Source: Candidatus Eiseniibacteriota bacterium
GTDB taxonomy: Bacteria > Eisenbacteria > RBG-16-71-46 > CAIMUX01
DNA: 64,000 nucleotides
Reading direction: 5' to 3'
NCBI GenBank assembly: GCA_046327845.1
Contig: JAXLXQ010000018.1
Location: 1,085 to 65,084, forward strand
A program made the position numbers and the translations under genes. The stretch's first letter is position 1. Every line of letters begins with the position of its first letter. Shown here piece by piece: positions 9,745 through 19,666 of the stretch. The notes under the pieces are model-generated. The model did no database searches and was not told where the DNA came from. It saw only the letters and a program-made list of their open reading frames with translations.

Positions 9745-9883
9745 CTCTCCTCCCCTCTCTAGTGCGGTAGAGATTGCAGCCAGGCGGAGCGTGCTCCGTG
9801 ATGGCGCCGGGTCGGTGGGGGGACCGGACTCGCGGTCGGCCCTGGGTGCTGGAGAGAACCCAGGGCCTCCGCGTGGGACTAGC
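9745..9883 (-). repeat. Conserved intergenic cassette, copy C (shortened; two of the four hairpins)
   Basis: TCTCTAGTGCGGTAGAGA at 9756-9774 next to the SD. Perfect 8-bp hairpin CCCTGGGT-GCTGGAGAGA-ACCCAGGG at 9840-9865 with the same loop sequence as copies A and B but a changed stem. It lies about 20 nt after the gdh stop. Confidence 0.7.
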
Positions 9884-11236
9884 TTACGGCCAGATGCCGC
9901 GCTCCTTGTACACCTTTTCGAGGCGACGCAGCGCGACGACGTAGGCGGCGGTCCGCCAGTCGACGTTGAACTCCTTGGCCGCGTCACGGACGCGGAGGTA
10001 GCCGCCCGGCTGTCCCTCTTCGCCGATGATCACGTCCTTGAGCTTGGTCACGACGTCGTTCAGCTTCCAGTACTCGCTGCGCTTGTTCTGCAGCCACTCG
10101 AAGTAGCTCACGATCACGCCGCCCGAGTTGCACAGGATGTCCGGGATGACGTCGATCTTCCGGCTCCACAGGATCTCGTCACCGTCCGGATCGGTCGGAC
10201 CATTCGCACCCTCGGCCACCAGCTTCACGTCGAGCTTCTTCGCGGTCTCGTTCGTGATCTGATTCTCGAGCGCCGCCGGGACGAAGATGTCGGCGCGGGT
10301 CGCGAGGAAGGTGGCCTTGTCGACCTCCTTGAGGCCGGGGAATCCCTTCACTCCGGCCGGACCCATGGCCCGCGCCTTCTCCTCCTGACGAGCCTTGCGC
10401 AGATCTTCGCGCTCCTTGTTCTGGCGATCGATGTGCTCGATCAAAGCGTCGGGATCGACGCCATCGGGCGCGACGAAGTGTCCGGTGACGTCGGCCACGG
10501 CGACGAGCTTCGCGCCGTGCGGCTTCATCAACTTCGCGGTCCACGAACCGACGTTGCCGAAGCCCTGAACGAAGTAGGTCGAACCTTTGAGATCGAACTT
10601 CTTGTCCTTGGCCCACTGCTCGATCGAATAGACCACGCCCTGACCGGTGGCGCGATCGCGCCCGAGGCTTCCACCCGACTCGATCGGCTTGCCGGTCACG
10701 ACGTGCATGCAGCGCGCGCGCTCGTGCGTGGGCTGCATCAGCAGGTAGGTGTCGAGGATCCAAGCCATGATCTGCGCGTTGGTGTTCACGTCCGGCGCGG
10801 GAATGTCGTATTCCGGGCCGATGACGTTGCCGAGCGCGTAGGTGAAGCGACGCGAGATGTGCTCCAACTCACGGAAGGACACTTCGCGCGGATCGAAGGT
10901 GATGCCACCCTTGGCGCCGCCGAAGGGGATCTCGTTGATCGCGGACTTCCAGGTCATCCACGAAGCGAGCGCCCGCACCTCGTTGATGTCGACTTCCGGA
11001 TGGAAGCGCAGCCCACCCTTGTACGGACCGAGCACGTTGTTGTGTTGTACACGGTACCCGGTGAACATCCGCACCTGACCGTTGTCCATCTCCACCGGGA
11101 AATTGACGATGGTCTCGGTGTTGGTCTTGTTCAGAATTACGCGGACGTCGGGGTCGAGCCCCATTTTCTCCGCGGCTTTGTTGAATTGGCGCTCGACTGA
11201 TTTGTAGACGTTGTATTCGTTCGGCGTGCTGGCCAT
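9884..11236 (-). CDS. gdhA: NAD(P)-specific glutamate dehydrogenase (Glu/Leu/Phe/Val dehydrogenase family)
   Basis: VQHNNVLGPYKGGLRFHPEVDINEVRALASWMTWKSAINEIPFGGAKGGI is the classic GDH active-site region. Rossmann motif GFGNVGSW. Start moved to MASTPNEY (11236), which has an AAGGAGG SD 9 nt upstream. Confidence 0.95.
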   Translation of the reverse strand: MASTPNEYNVYKSVERQFNKAAEKMGLDPDVRVILNKTNTETIVNFPVEMDNGQVRMFTGYRVQHNNVLGPYKGGLRFHPEVDINEVRALASWMTWKSAINEIPFGGAKGGITFDPREVSFRELEHISRRFTYALGNVIGPEYDIPAPDVNTNAQIMAWILDTYLLMQPTHERARCMHVVTGKPIESGGSLGRDRATGQGVVYSIEQWAKDKKFDLKGSTYFVQGFGNVGSWTAKLMKPHGAKLVAVADVTGHFVAPDGVDPDALIEHIDRQNKEREDLRKARQEEKARAMGPAGVKGFPGLKEVDKATFLATRADIFVPAALENQITNETAKKLDVKLVAEGANGPTDPDGDEILWSRKIDVIPDILCNSGGVIVSYFEWLQNKRSEYWKLNDVVTKLKDVIIGEEGQPGGYLRVRDAAKEFNVDWRTAAYVVALRRLEKVYKERGIWP

Positions 11237-11651
11237 GACGGCGCGCCTCCTTTCCATTCAACCCATCCCCTGCGCCTATCGCCATCGTGCCTGTCATGGC
11301 CAGCGAGCGATCGACTCTTCGAGGAAGAGCCTCCGCGCGCGGGCTCGTACCTTCGGCAGGCACCGCCTCGCTCGACACTGCACTCGGCGCTTCGGGAACT
11401 CCACCCGTTGTCGGGAAGCTCGGACCGAGCGCGGCCGAATGGGGCAGCGGGGCCAGATTCGTAGGCCGGATCGAAGCTAGACCCGGCCCCGAAAGGTGTC
11501 AACGACCGGGCGGTCGTTTCGGCGGCGCGATTGACATCGCGCAATCACGGGGGGCATCATCGCACCGCTTCACTAAGATTAGTGGCGTGGCCGAAGCAAG
11601 CGCTGGTCGGGACCTCTCGTTGGTGCGGACCTCGGGGGGCTGGGGGTAGGC

Positions 11652-12182
11652 ATGGCGGACGGGAACCTCGAGCAGTCGGGGAAGGGCAACGAACGACTGG
11701 CCGCCTGGACCACCGAACTCTTCCGATTCGGCGACCCCTTCCGCGGCTCGCGCGACGAGGCGGTCTCCCTCCTCCGGCAGCGGCACTTCCTGGAGCAGGA
11801 CCGCTGGGCCTGTCGGGACCTGCTCGCAGCAGTCGCACCGGGACGCAAGCTGGCCCGCGCGACCGGTCGGCAGATCGAGGACTGGGTCGCGCACGCCCTC
11901 ACCCGTGACCTCGTCCGGTTGGTCATCCCTCAACCCGTCGAGGTTCCGAGCCCCCAGCGCCGGAGGCGGCCGGACCCGGGGCCGACCGCCAGCGGCTCCG
12001 CTTCGGACAATTCCTATCGGCCGGCCGATAACGCCGAGCTCGACCTGTCGGCCGACGGTGGCGACGAGGTCGGGCTGACCGTCGGGGTGGAGGCAGAGGA
12101 ACCGCCGGCCGTCGGCGCCGACGTGAATCATGATCCTCCCCCGGGGGTCGCCGGCGAGGCGACCGTCGTGGCAAAACGCTGA
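11652..12182 (+). CDS. Hypothetical protein (176 aa)
   Basis: Strong third-position GC bias in this frame. GGGGGTAGG SD before the ATG. Sits 45 nt upstream of the metallopeptidase-like gene. No recognisable domain. Confidence 0.45.
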   Translation: MADGNLEQSGKGNERLAAWTTELFRFGDPFRGSRDEAVSLLRQRHFLEQDRWACRDLLAAVAPGRKLARATGRQIEDWVAHALTRDLVRLVIPQPVEVPSPQRRRRPDPGPTASGSASDNSYRPADNAELDLSADGGDEVGLTVGVEAEEPPAVGADVNHDPPPGVAGEATVVAKR

Positions 12183-12227
12183 ATTGAGTAACGCCCGACG
12201 TCGATCGGCTCGGGTGAGCAGGGAGCG

Positions 12228-14706
12228 ATGAGCGAGAACGTCTTCGAGGAATCGGTACTCAAGCTCAAGGTCGGAGTCACCGCGGGAAGTGTGGTGGATG
12301 GCAAGGGAGACTATGTCTTCCTGAAGAATGGATCCGAGATCGAGCGCAAGCCGGGCACCTTGACCAAGGCCCAGGAGTTCACGCTCGACTACCCCACCGC
12401 GAAGGTGGACGACGACAAGGACAACTACCTCCTTCAGTACTACGTCGACGCCGAGCTCAAGACCGCCCACGGCACGACTTTCAAGAAGAAGACCAAGGTC
12501 CTCGACACCGTGGTCTGGCCGCAGAAGATCAAACTCAAAGCATTGGAAGACGCTTCGGGCGCCAATGCCGCCGGCTTCAAATTCAAGATCAAGCAGGACG
12601 GCGCCAACGACCACGACGACAAGACCGCGGCCGACGGCACGGTCGAGGTGGATCTCCAGAAGCCGGCCGCCTACACCATCGAGGCGATCCCCCCGTGGGA
12701 GATCAAGTCGTGGACCAAGGACAAGGGGCGGAACCGCGAGGTCAAGGTCATCCGCCACTTCACCGCCAAGATCCTGAACCCTGTCGCCATCGCGCCGATC
12801 AAGCAGTGGGTCAACCTCGACACGACGCAGGATGGCCGTGACGCCAAGGGAAGCGTGGTCAAGATCGAGGTCGGGGTCAGCGAGGACGTCGGCAAGGCGG
12901 AGGACGATCGCATCGGCCGCGCCGACGACCCCATCTTCATCGAGGTCAACTTCAGCCGCGCGAGCAAACGCAACCTGCCGAAGCCGGAACTCAAGGATGC
13001 CGACGCGATCGCGGAGGCAGACGCGAGGAAGAAGTTCACCGGCCAGGTGAAGCTAGGCCCCAAGGAGCGCGTCCAAGACCTTCACCGTCGAGCTCGGTTT
13101 GGCGGGCGGCGACACCTGCACGGTCAAGGTCGGCAGCACGAACGCCTGCGCGGATCACTCCATCACCTTTGCGAACTGGCGGAAGCTCTACTACGAGCTG
13201 ATGTATCCGGACTTCATGACCGCCTCGCTGGAAGAGATCAACCTCCCCGACGGATCGAAGGTGTACGACATCCCGCAGGCGATCAAAGCGTCGATCGACG
13301 CCAAGCTCGCGCCGACTCATCTCGTGTATGAGCGGCTCCTTTCGCTCGTGTTTCCGGCGGCCAGCGCCCACGCGGCGACCCGCTATCCCGGGGCCTACCT
13401 CAAGCAGCCCGGCCGCGAGCGATTAGTGCTCGGTTCGGAGCTGGCCAAGGCGGCGCACGATCCGGTGGCCTTCACCGCGCCGCACGAGCCCCGCTGCGTG
13501 CACATCCGCATGTGCGATCGGATTTCGAAATTCGACGGCGACTTCGCGGCGAAGACGTCGCCGGACCTGACGGCGGTGGCCACCAACATCGCCCTCGGTA
13601 CGAAGGCCTACTACCTCACCTCTCCGGATGACGCGTCGGCGGGCGTGGACGTGACCGGCTGCGATTGGACCGCGAAGGTCGACCCGGCGGCCTGCATGAA
13701 GGACGTCGCACTGGTGATCGCCAATCCACTCGCTCCGGACACTGCAGGGGCCGCCGAGGGAACGGTCACGCTGACCGAGACGGTGCAGAACATCTCGACC
13801 GATCTCCTCTTCCCGAAGCCGCTCCTCTCGCACTTCGCGACCGACCTGGACGCGGGGTTGGAGACCCTGCTCGATCAGTTCGTGCAGAACATCTTGGCCG
13901 ACACCGCGGCCGTGCGTCGAAACGGCCTGCGGGTCAACGTTCGAATCAAGTCACTGACCGGGAACGACCGTCGCACCCGCCGCGTCGCCAACGTGGTCGC
14001 CGCGCTCAACGCGCGCTTCACACCCGGCGCACAGCAAATCGCCGATCACCCGGGCCTGGATGACGCCGGCACGCCACGTACCGGCGCGGTGGCCCTCGCC
14101 TGGCTGTCCTTCGCCGACGTCAACACGGTGCGCATCACCCTGCCGACTCGCGCGAATCCGGCCGACCCGATCGAACCCGGGGACTTCGTGGGTGCGCTCG
14201 GCGCCAACACCTGCCCCATCTCGGTCGAGTACCAGGTGCGCCCGCACAAGGGGGTCAACGGCTCTTCGTCCCGCGGGAAGGGACGGCACACGATGAACCT
14301 CCGGCCGGGTGCGGACGCCGGGGCGGTCGCGACCACCTTCTGCCACGAGCTTGGGCACAACCAGGGAATGACCAACATGGATGGCCGCTCGAAGATCCCG
14401 CCCGGCTGCGACCCGGCGCTCCACGTCGACAACGGAGGGGTCTACTACCTGAACGGCACACCGGTGGGCGGCGGGCTGCGCAACTGCCATCAAGGTCCGC
14501 ACTGCGCCACGGGCGTCGGCAACATCGCGGCTCCCGCGTACTCGGGCGCGAACGTCGGCACCTGCATCCTCTTCGGCTCGGGCGGCGACGTCGACACGCG
14601 ACCGAACTTCTGCCCGGTCTGCACCGGCTACATCCAGGCGCGCAAGCTGACCGACATCGTCAAGCTGTGGACCGACGCGGAACGACCGAATGCCGTGGAC
14701 TTCTAG
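12228..14706 (+). CDS. HExxH zinc-metallopeptidase-like protein (~825 aa if joined), no signal peptide; interrupted by one frameshift near 13055-13080
   Basis: Track ORFs 12228..13331 and 13099..14706 share coding character. The second frame is open back to a TAG at 13054-13056 and reads ...SKTFTVELGLAGGDTCTVKV. The first frame reads ...FTGQVKLGPKE. C-terminal FCHELGHNQGM motif is followed by a Cys-rich tail (CHQGPHC, CILFG, FCPVCTGY). The N-terminus is Lys-rich and beta-rich. Confidence 0.6.
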
Positions 14707-15853
14707 GCGCCGCGTCTCCTGGACGGCCTTGAATCGGGCGATCGTCATCGGGACGTTGCTGCTGGGCCTCGCGAGTTGCGCCGCGCACCGCGGGCAAGCC
14801 GATCTTGAAGCAAAGGAAGGATCGACCATGGATCAGCGCTTTGGCCTCGAAGACAGCCTCTTCTGGAGCAAGCCGCACCAGAACGACCTCGCGCTGATGC
14901 GAGCGACGCGAGACGCGCACTTCTCCGGTGTGCGGGTCGACGCGCCGACATTCATTCCGATCGATACGCGCACCACCTGTCCGCTTCTGGTGCAGCGCTG
15001 CGGCCCCGAGCGCGATCTCTGGGCGGTCGACTTCTCGCGGCACGGCCTGGTGGTGCTGAGCTCGACCGACACGCGGGTCGTGCGCGCCGAGTTCGCCCTC
15101 GACCAAGACTTCGCGGATCCGGAGGAGCCGGTCGATCCGGCCGATGCGCCCGACGGCTACGGGAGCCAGGCGCACCTGGTCGAGCTGCGCGAGCTGCTCA
15201 GCCTGCCGTGGAATCCCGCGCGCTACGCCACCTTCGTCGTCATGCGGGAGCACCGCTCGAACGCGGTCCTCCTCCACCTCGGTCGCTCCGGCTCGGCCTT
15301 CGACGACCCCGAGGTCGAGGCCTTCCTCGAGCGCGAACGGGCGAAGGCCTCGCCCGGATTGATCCACCCACCTCTTGGTCGGCCTGTGCCGACCTACAAG
15401 CGGCTCGACGTTTCGCCCCCGATCCCGGACGAGCCGGGGATCGCCTTGACCGTCGAGCGCGTCGTGGCACTCAAGCCGGGCGCCCAGTGCCTCGTGCGCG
15501 GGTCGTTCCGCCTGCCGGTGCTTCCCCAGGAGCGGGTGACAGGACGCTACGAAGGGCACTGCCCGGAGGGAGACCCGACCGCGCTGCTCTCGATTTCGCT
15601 CCTCGTCACCGGTGGGGATCGCGCCACGCCCACGGTGCTGCCGCTGGCCATCCCGACCTTCGATCCGCTCGATCGTCAGGCCGCGCGGCCGATCGCGACC
15701 GGCTACTTCTGCTTCGACCTCCTGAGCTTCGCGGCGATGTCGCACGACGTGCAGACCTACTTCGTCTATGCCATCGCCGGGGAGTTCGTGACGGGGCCGG
15801 CTCCTGCGGCGCTCGTGTCGCCCGACAGCCTGGAGACCCCGCGGCGGGGGTGA
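14690..15853 (+). CDS. Lipoprotein of unknown function (387 aa), overlaps the preceding gene by 17 nt
   Basis: Lipobox LLLGLASC after a positively charged N-terminus. No homolog recognised. Confidence 0.65.
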   Translation: MPWTSRRRVSWTALNRAIVIGTLLLGLASCAAHRGQADLEAKEGSTMDQRFGLEDSLFWSKPHQNDLALMRATRDAHFSGVRVDAPTFIPIDTRTTCPLLVQRCGPERDLWAVDFSRHGLVVLSSTDTRVVRAEFALDQDFADPEEPVDPADAPDGYGSQAHLVELRELLSLPWNPARYATFVVMREHRSNAVLLHLGRSGSAFDDPEVEAFLERERAKASPGLIHPPLGRPVPTYKRLDVSPPIPDEPGIALTVERVVALKPGAQCLVRGSFRLPVLPQERVTGRYEGHCPEGDPTALLSISLLVTGGDRATPTVLPLAIPTFDPLDRQAARPIATGYFCFDLLSFAAMSHDVQTYFVYAIAGEFVTGPAPAALVSPDSLETPRRG

Positions 15854-16058
15854 CGGGGAGCGCGAGGGGGGCAAACGAAGCCTCTGCACCGGGTTCCCCC
15901 ATCCTGCAGAGCCTGCGTTTCTCGGCGAGGCCGAGACCACTGGTGGACCGATTTATCTCGATCCTGCGCTAGCCTCAAATCTGTAGCGCCGGGGCGATGC
16001 TTCGCCCGCGGTTCGGAGGTGAGTACCGGCTCGGGATCGTCTTCTAACGGAGGCGCGC

Positions 16059-17453
16059 ATGTTTTTTTGCTCCGTCAATCCGACCACCGAGGAGGAAGAG
16101 GCCCGATTCCCCGCCGCCACTGACCCCGAGGTCGACGAGACCTTGGCCCGCGCCGATCGGGCTTGGCCCGTCTGGGCTGCCACCCCCCTGGCTGAACGGG
16201 CGGCGGCGCTCCGCCGCGTGGCCGGCCGACTGCGCGCGAAGAGCGAGGAGCTCTCCATCCTGGCGGCGCGAGAGATGGGCAAGCCGATTGGCGAGGGACG
16301 GGGCGAGGTCGAGAAGTGCGCCTGGACGCTGGAGGTGGTGGCTGAGAAGGGCGCCGAGTACTTCGCGCCGGTCGACGCTCCGACCGACGCCGCCCGGAGC
16401 TACGTCCGCTTCGATCCGCTCGGCCCGATCCTCGCGGTGATGCCCTGGAATTTCCCCTACTGGCAGGTCATCCGCTTCGGGGCGGCGGCCCTGCTGGCGG
16501 GGAACGGGATCGTGATCAAGCACGCGCCCAACGTGCCGCGCTGTGCTCTCGCCCTCGAGTCGGCGTTCCGCGAGGCCGAGCTGCCCGAGGGCCTAGTGCA
16601 GAACCTCTTCCTCGCCGTGGATCCGCCCGAGGCGTTCGCGCGCGTGATTGCCTCGCCGACCATCCGCGCCGTCACGTTGACCGGAAGCGAGCGGGCCGGG
16701 CGCGCGGTGGCGGCGCTCGCCGGTCAGCACCTCAAGCCGGCCGTGCTCGAACTCGGCGGGAGCGACCCCTTCGTCGTGCTCGACGACGCCGATGTGCCGG
16801 CCGTCGCCGCCGCCGCGGTGCGCGCCCGCGCGCAGAACAACGGGCAGAGCTGCATCGCGGCGAAGCGTTTCCTCGTGATGGAGTCGATCGCCGACCGCTT
16901 CGTCGAGGCCTTCGCCGCCGGACTTGCCGCATTGCGCGTGGGCGACCCGTTGGATGAGTCGACGCAGATCGGCCCCCTCGCGCGCGCGGACCTGCGCGAT
17001 GCGCTGGAAGCGCAGTGCCGGCGGGCCGTCGACGCGGGCGCGCGCTTGGTCGTCGGCGCCACGCGTGACGTCAACGGAGGCACGCGCACCGCGACGCGTG
17101 GCTGGTTCTTTCGCCCGACGCTGCTCGATCACTGCCGGCCCGGCATGGCGGCCATGGACGAGGAGACCTTCGGACCGCTCGGCGCCGTCGCCCGTGTCCG
17201 CGATGAAGAAGAGGCGATCTCCGTGGCCAACGCCTCGCGCTACGGGTTGGGCGCGAGCATTTGGACCGCCGACCCCGCGCGCGGCGAGAGGCTCGCGGCG
17301 CGGATTGAGGCGGGCTCCGTCTTCGTCAACGGAATGGTGAAGAGCGATCCGCGGCTGCCCTTCGGCGGGATCAAGTGCTCAGGCTATGGGCGCGAGCTGT
17401 CGGTCTTCGGCGCGAGGGAGTTGGTGAATCGGAAGACGGTGTGGGTGGGGTGA
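16059..17453 (+). CDS. sad: NAD(P)+-dependent succinate-semialdehyde dehydrogenase (aldehyde dehydrogenase superfamily, Sad/YneI-like)
   Basis: MPWNFPYWQVIRFGAAALLAGNGIVIKHAPNVPRCA, catalytic VLELGGSDPFVVLDDAD and NNGQSCIAAKRF. Collinear with E. coli YneI as I recall it. GGAGG SD. Confidence 0.9.
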   Translation: MFFCSVNPTTEEEEARFPAATDPEVDETLARADRAWPVWAATPLAERAAALRRVAGRLRAKSEELSILAAREMGKPIGEGRGEVEKCAWTLEVVAEKGAEYFAPVDAPTDAARSYVRFDPLGPILAVMPWNFPYWQVIRFGAAALLAGNGIVIKHAPNVPRCALALESAFREAELPEGLVQNLFLAVDPPEAFARVIASPTIRAVTLTGSERAGRAVAALAGQHLKPAVLELGGSDPFVVLDDADVPAVAAAAVRARAQNNGQSCIAAKRFLVMESIADRFVEAFAAGLAALRVGDPLDESTQIGPLARADLRDALEAQCRRAVDAGARLVVGATRDVNGGTRTATRGWFFRPTLLDHCRPGMAAMDEETFGPLGAVARVRDEEEAISVANASRYGLGASIWTADPARGERLAARIEAGSVFVNGMVKSDPRLPFGGIKCSGYGRELSVFGARELVNRKTVWVG

Positions 17454-17633
17454 TAGCGCGAAGGCTTTCACAGTCGAAGACTGCCCTGCGACGCACCACG
17501 ATGAAACCGACAGCGCAGGGCGAGCAGACGGCCGGCGAAGGGCTAGCGAGCGCCGAGCAGACCCCGCCCACCGCTCGCTCCCCGAATGTGTAGTCCGGAG
17601 CCGCTTCGATCCGGCGTTACCTGTACAGCGCCT

Positions 17634-18272
17634 TCACTCCTCCCCACGTGGAAGCTCGGGTGGCCGTCGGCGCCAGCTCGAACATCGCGCCGAGTGCCAA
17701 GTGCTTTCCTCCGGCCAGACCACATCGAGGCGCTGCCATCCCATGGGCCACTGCTGCGAAGGAGCGACCTTTGTCGCTGCCGTGACCTGGGCACCGTCCT
17801 CGTCCAACCCGATCCAGTACTCCGCCCAGGAGTCCACCCAGGGCGGCCAGAGTCCGATCCACCACGCGTTCCCGACCGTGACTGGCTCTTCGAACTCTCT
17901 AACGACTCGGGAGAACTCGGGCCAGCCATGCAGAGCCGGGATATGAATGTCGGTCCGTATTACGAGTACTTCTCCCGGCGCGCCCCCGTCGTCGGCCCAG
18001 ACCATCATCGTGCTGGGACCTTGCTCGGGAAAAATCAAGTCGGGATTCGTCAAATCGACTACGAGCGCTTCCACCAGGCCGCTCCCCTCGTAGCGCTCCG
18101 CGAACGACCCGAAATCCGGAGCCTGGACGCCACCGTACTGCCATATGACCGCCGTCTCGTACTCTGCGTCGGCGTTGAAGACCAGCTCGGCGCTCACGGC
18201 GCTGGTCGCGTTTGCTAGTAACGCGAGCAGCACCGCCATCGCGGCGCGACCTTGATGCCTCGTTGACCCCAT
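17634..18272 (-). CDS. Secreted hypothetical protein (~213 aa)
   Basis: Track ORF trimmed to MGSTRHQGRAAMAVLLALLANATSAVSA (signal peptide) with GGGAGG SD 5 nt upstream. Trp-rich. No known domain. Confidence 0.6.
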   Translation of the reverse strand: MGSTRHQGRAAMAVLLALLANATSAVSAELVFNADAEYETAVIWQYGGVQAPDFGSFAERYEGSGLVEALVVDLTNPDLIFPEQGPSTMMVWADDGGAPGEVLVIRTDIHIPALHGWPEFSRVVREFEEPVTVGNAWWIGLWPPWVDSWAEYWIGLDEDGAQVTAATKVAPSQQWPMGWQRLDVVWPEESTWHSARCSSWRRRPPELPRGEE

Positions 18273-18622
18273 GCGTGCCTCCCAGCTCACGACCACGATT
18301 CGATGGACTGCTGAACATGGCGCGATAGACCCACTGCCGAGGTGCTCCATGAAGAAGAAGGAACCGTGGCCACAGGAGCCTCCCGTTCGGTGACGCTGCC
18401 AGATCCCGGCGCTTGGACACACGTCCTTGGCGTTTTCGCCCCGCGGTTCGAACTTCCTTCGCGGGGCGCGAGCATGCCGGTCACCAGTGTAGACATCTCG
18501 AACTGCGGCATCGACGCGTCTTCGGCCCAACGTTGCGGATGCAGAGGCCCGCGCCGCGCTCTTCGAATGGCATCCCATGGACGGGACGGGGACAGCCCCG
18601 CTCTGAAGCCAACCACCCCCTG

Positions 18623-18689
18623 CTGAACCCTTCATCGTTGTGTTGTTGAAGTCCTGTACACAGATTCAACACTGCTGAATCGCTGAACA
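18623..18689 (+). promoter_or_regulatory. Candidate upstream activator sequence: cluster of G(C/T)TGAA half-sites including the dyad TGTTGAA-N14-TTCAACA
   Basis: Dyad at 18644-18671. Additional GCTGAA copies near 18623, 18674 and 18682. Lies 110-175 bp upstream of the sigma54-type promoter, the usual distance for bEBP sites. Confidence 0.35.
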
Positions 18690-18797
18690 CGCGCCGACGC
18701 GGACGCTCCTCGACTCCCTTCCGCGCGCGACCCGCCATCGCATTGACGCGCAGCCAGCTATCACTTCATTTCCTCCAGTGACCTCCGCGCGAACGAA

Positions 18798-18813
18798 CTG
18801 GCCCGACGCTTGC
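18798..18813 (+). promoter_or_regulatory. Sigma54 (-24/-12) promoter candidate
   Basis: TGGCCCGACGCTTGCC versus consensus TGGCACG-N4-TTGCW (10 of 12 defined positions, correct GG-N10-GC spacing). Located 52 nt upstream of the ATG at 18865. An NtrC-type activator is encoded in the same operon. Confidence 0.6.
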
Positions 18814-18864
18814 CCTACTGAACTCGGCAATGCAACACACGGCCGTTCGACCAAGAGGTGAACG

Positions 18865-19662
18865 ATGAAAAGCGAATCAGGAGGCCAGGCCTCGAGCGTC
18901 CCTCCCGCCAAGTGCGTCTGGATGGAGGCGGGAGTGGTCGACTATCGGCTCTGCGATCGCGACCTCGATTGCGAGGATTGTCCCTTCGATCGCGGCATGC
19001 GCCCGAGTGGGACGCGCGCCACGCCGATCGCGCCGGGTCACTCGAGCGAGGACTCGCTGCAGGTGCGCGGACTGCGCTTTCCGCGCGATCGATTCTATGA
19101 CCGCCATCACATGTGGGCGCGCGTCGAGGCGGGCGCACGGGTCCGGGTGGGACTCGACGCCTTGGCGGTGTCGCTCCTCGTGCAGAATCACGGCGTGCAT
19201 CCCCCGTCCGCGGAGCAGCGGGTCGGGCCGGGTCACGCGTCGTGGGAAGTGATCGGTCGCGCCGGGCTTCTGCGCCTCGGCTCGCCGGTGGTGGGTCGCG
19301 TGACCGAGGTGAACCGCAGCCTGCTCACCTCTCCGCGCCAACTGCTGCGCGACCCCTACGGCACGGGTTGGGTGTTCACCGTCACGCCGTCCCGCCTGCA
19401 GGCCGATCTTTCGAGCCTGCACCACGGCGACGAGTGCGCCCCTTGGATCGAAGAGGAGATCGACCAGGCGCTGCTCGCGTGGAGCGAGGCAGTGGCCGCG
19501 GACGATCCCTCGTTGACTCCGGTAATGGCCGACGGCGGTCGTTGGGACGGCGAAGGGCTGTTGCACCTGACCCGTCGTCAGCACCGCTCGCTTATACAAA
19601 GGACTCTCAGGCTCGGGCTCGGCGCGCCGCAGGACGGCTCGCACCCGGCGGAAAGGAGGTAA
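18865..19662 (+). CDS. GcvH-fold protein with N-terminal 4-Cys motif; lipoyl-lysine apparently absent
   Basis: YDRHHMWARVE...VGLDALA...SPVVGRVTEVN...DPYGTGWVF follows the glycine-cleavage H fold. When anchored on APVSGEIVAVN of E. coli GcvH, the lipoyl-Lys position aligns to Ala or Arg. N-terminus: CVWMEAGVVDYRLCDRDLDCEDCPFD. AGAGGTG SD. Confidence 0.7.
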   Translation: MKSESGGQASSVPPAKCVWMEAGVVDYRLCDRDLDCEDCPFDRGMRPSGTRATPIAPGHSSEDSLQVRGLRFPRDRFYDRHHMWARVEAGARVRVGLDALAVSLLVQNHGVHPPSAEQRVGPGHASWEVIGRAGLLRLGSPVVGRVTEVNRSLLTSPRQLLRDPYGTGWVFTVTPSRLQADLSSLHHGDECAPWIEEEIDQALLAWSEAVAADDPSLTPVMADGGRWDGEGLLHLTRRQHRSLIQRTLRLGLGAPQDGSHPAERR

Positions 19663-19666
19663 GACC

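Noticed and set aside
9587-11200. 537-aa plus-strand ORF
   Set aside because: Antisense to glutamate dehydrogenase. No motif, and the opposite strand explains the region.
11499-12758. 419-aa minus-strand ORF, plus similar ORFs at 13951..14829 and 14660..15940
   Set aside because: They overlap plus-strand genes that have strong third-position GC bias, a lipobox and an HExxH motif. The minus frames are low-complexity (L, V, G, R, D) shadows.
18436-18467. tRNA-like GGTTCGAA T-loop strings (here and at ~54071)
   Set aside because: No acceptor, D or anticodon arms can be drawn. The first is simply the loop of a 9-bp GC hairpin and the second lies inside the lyase gene.
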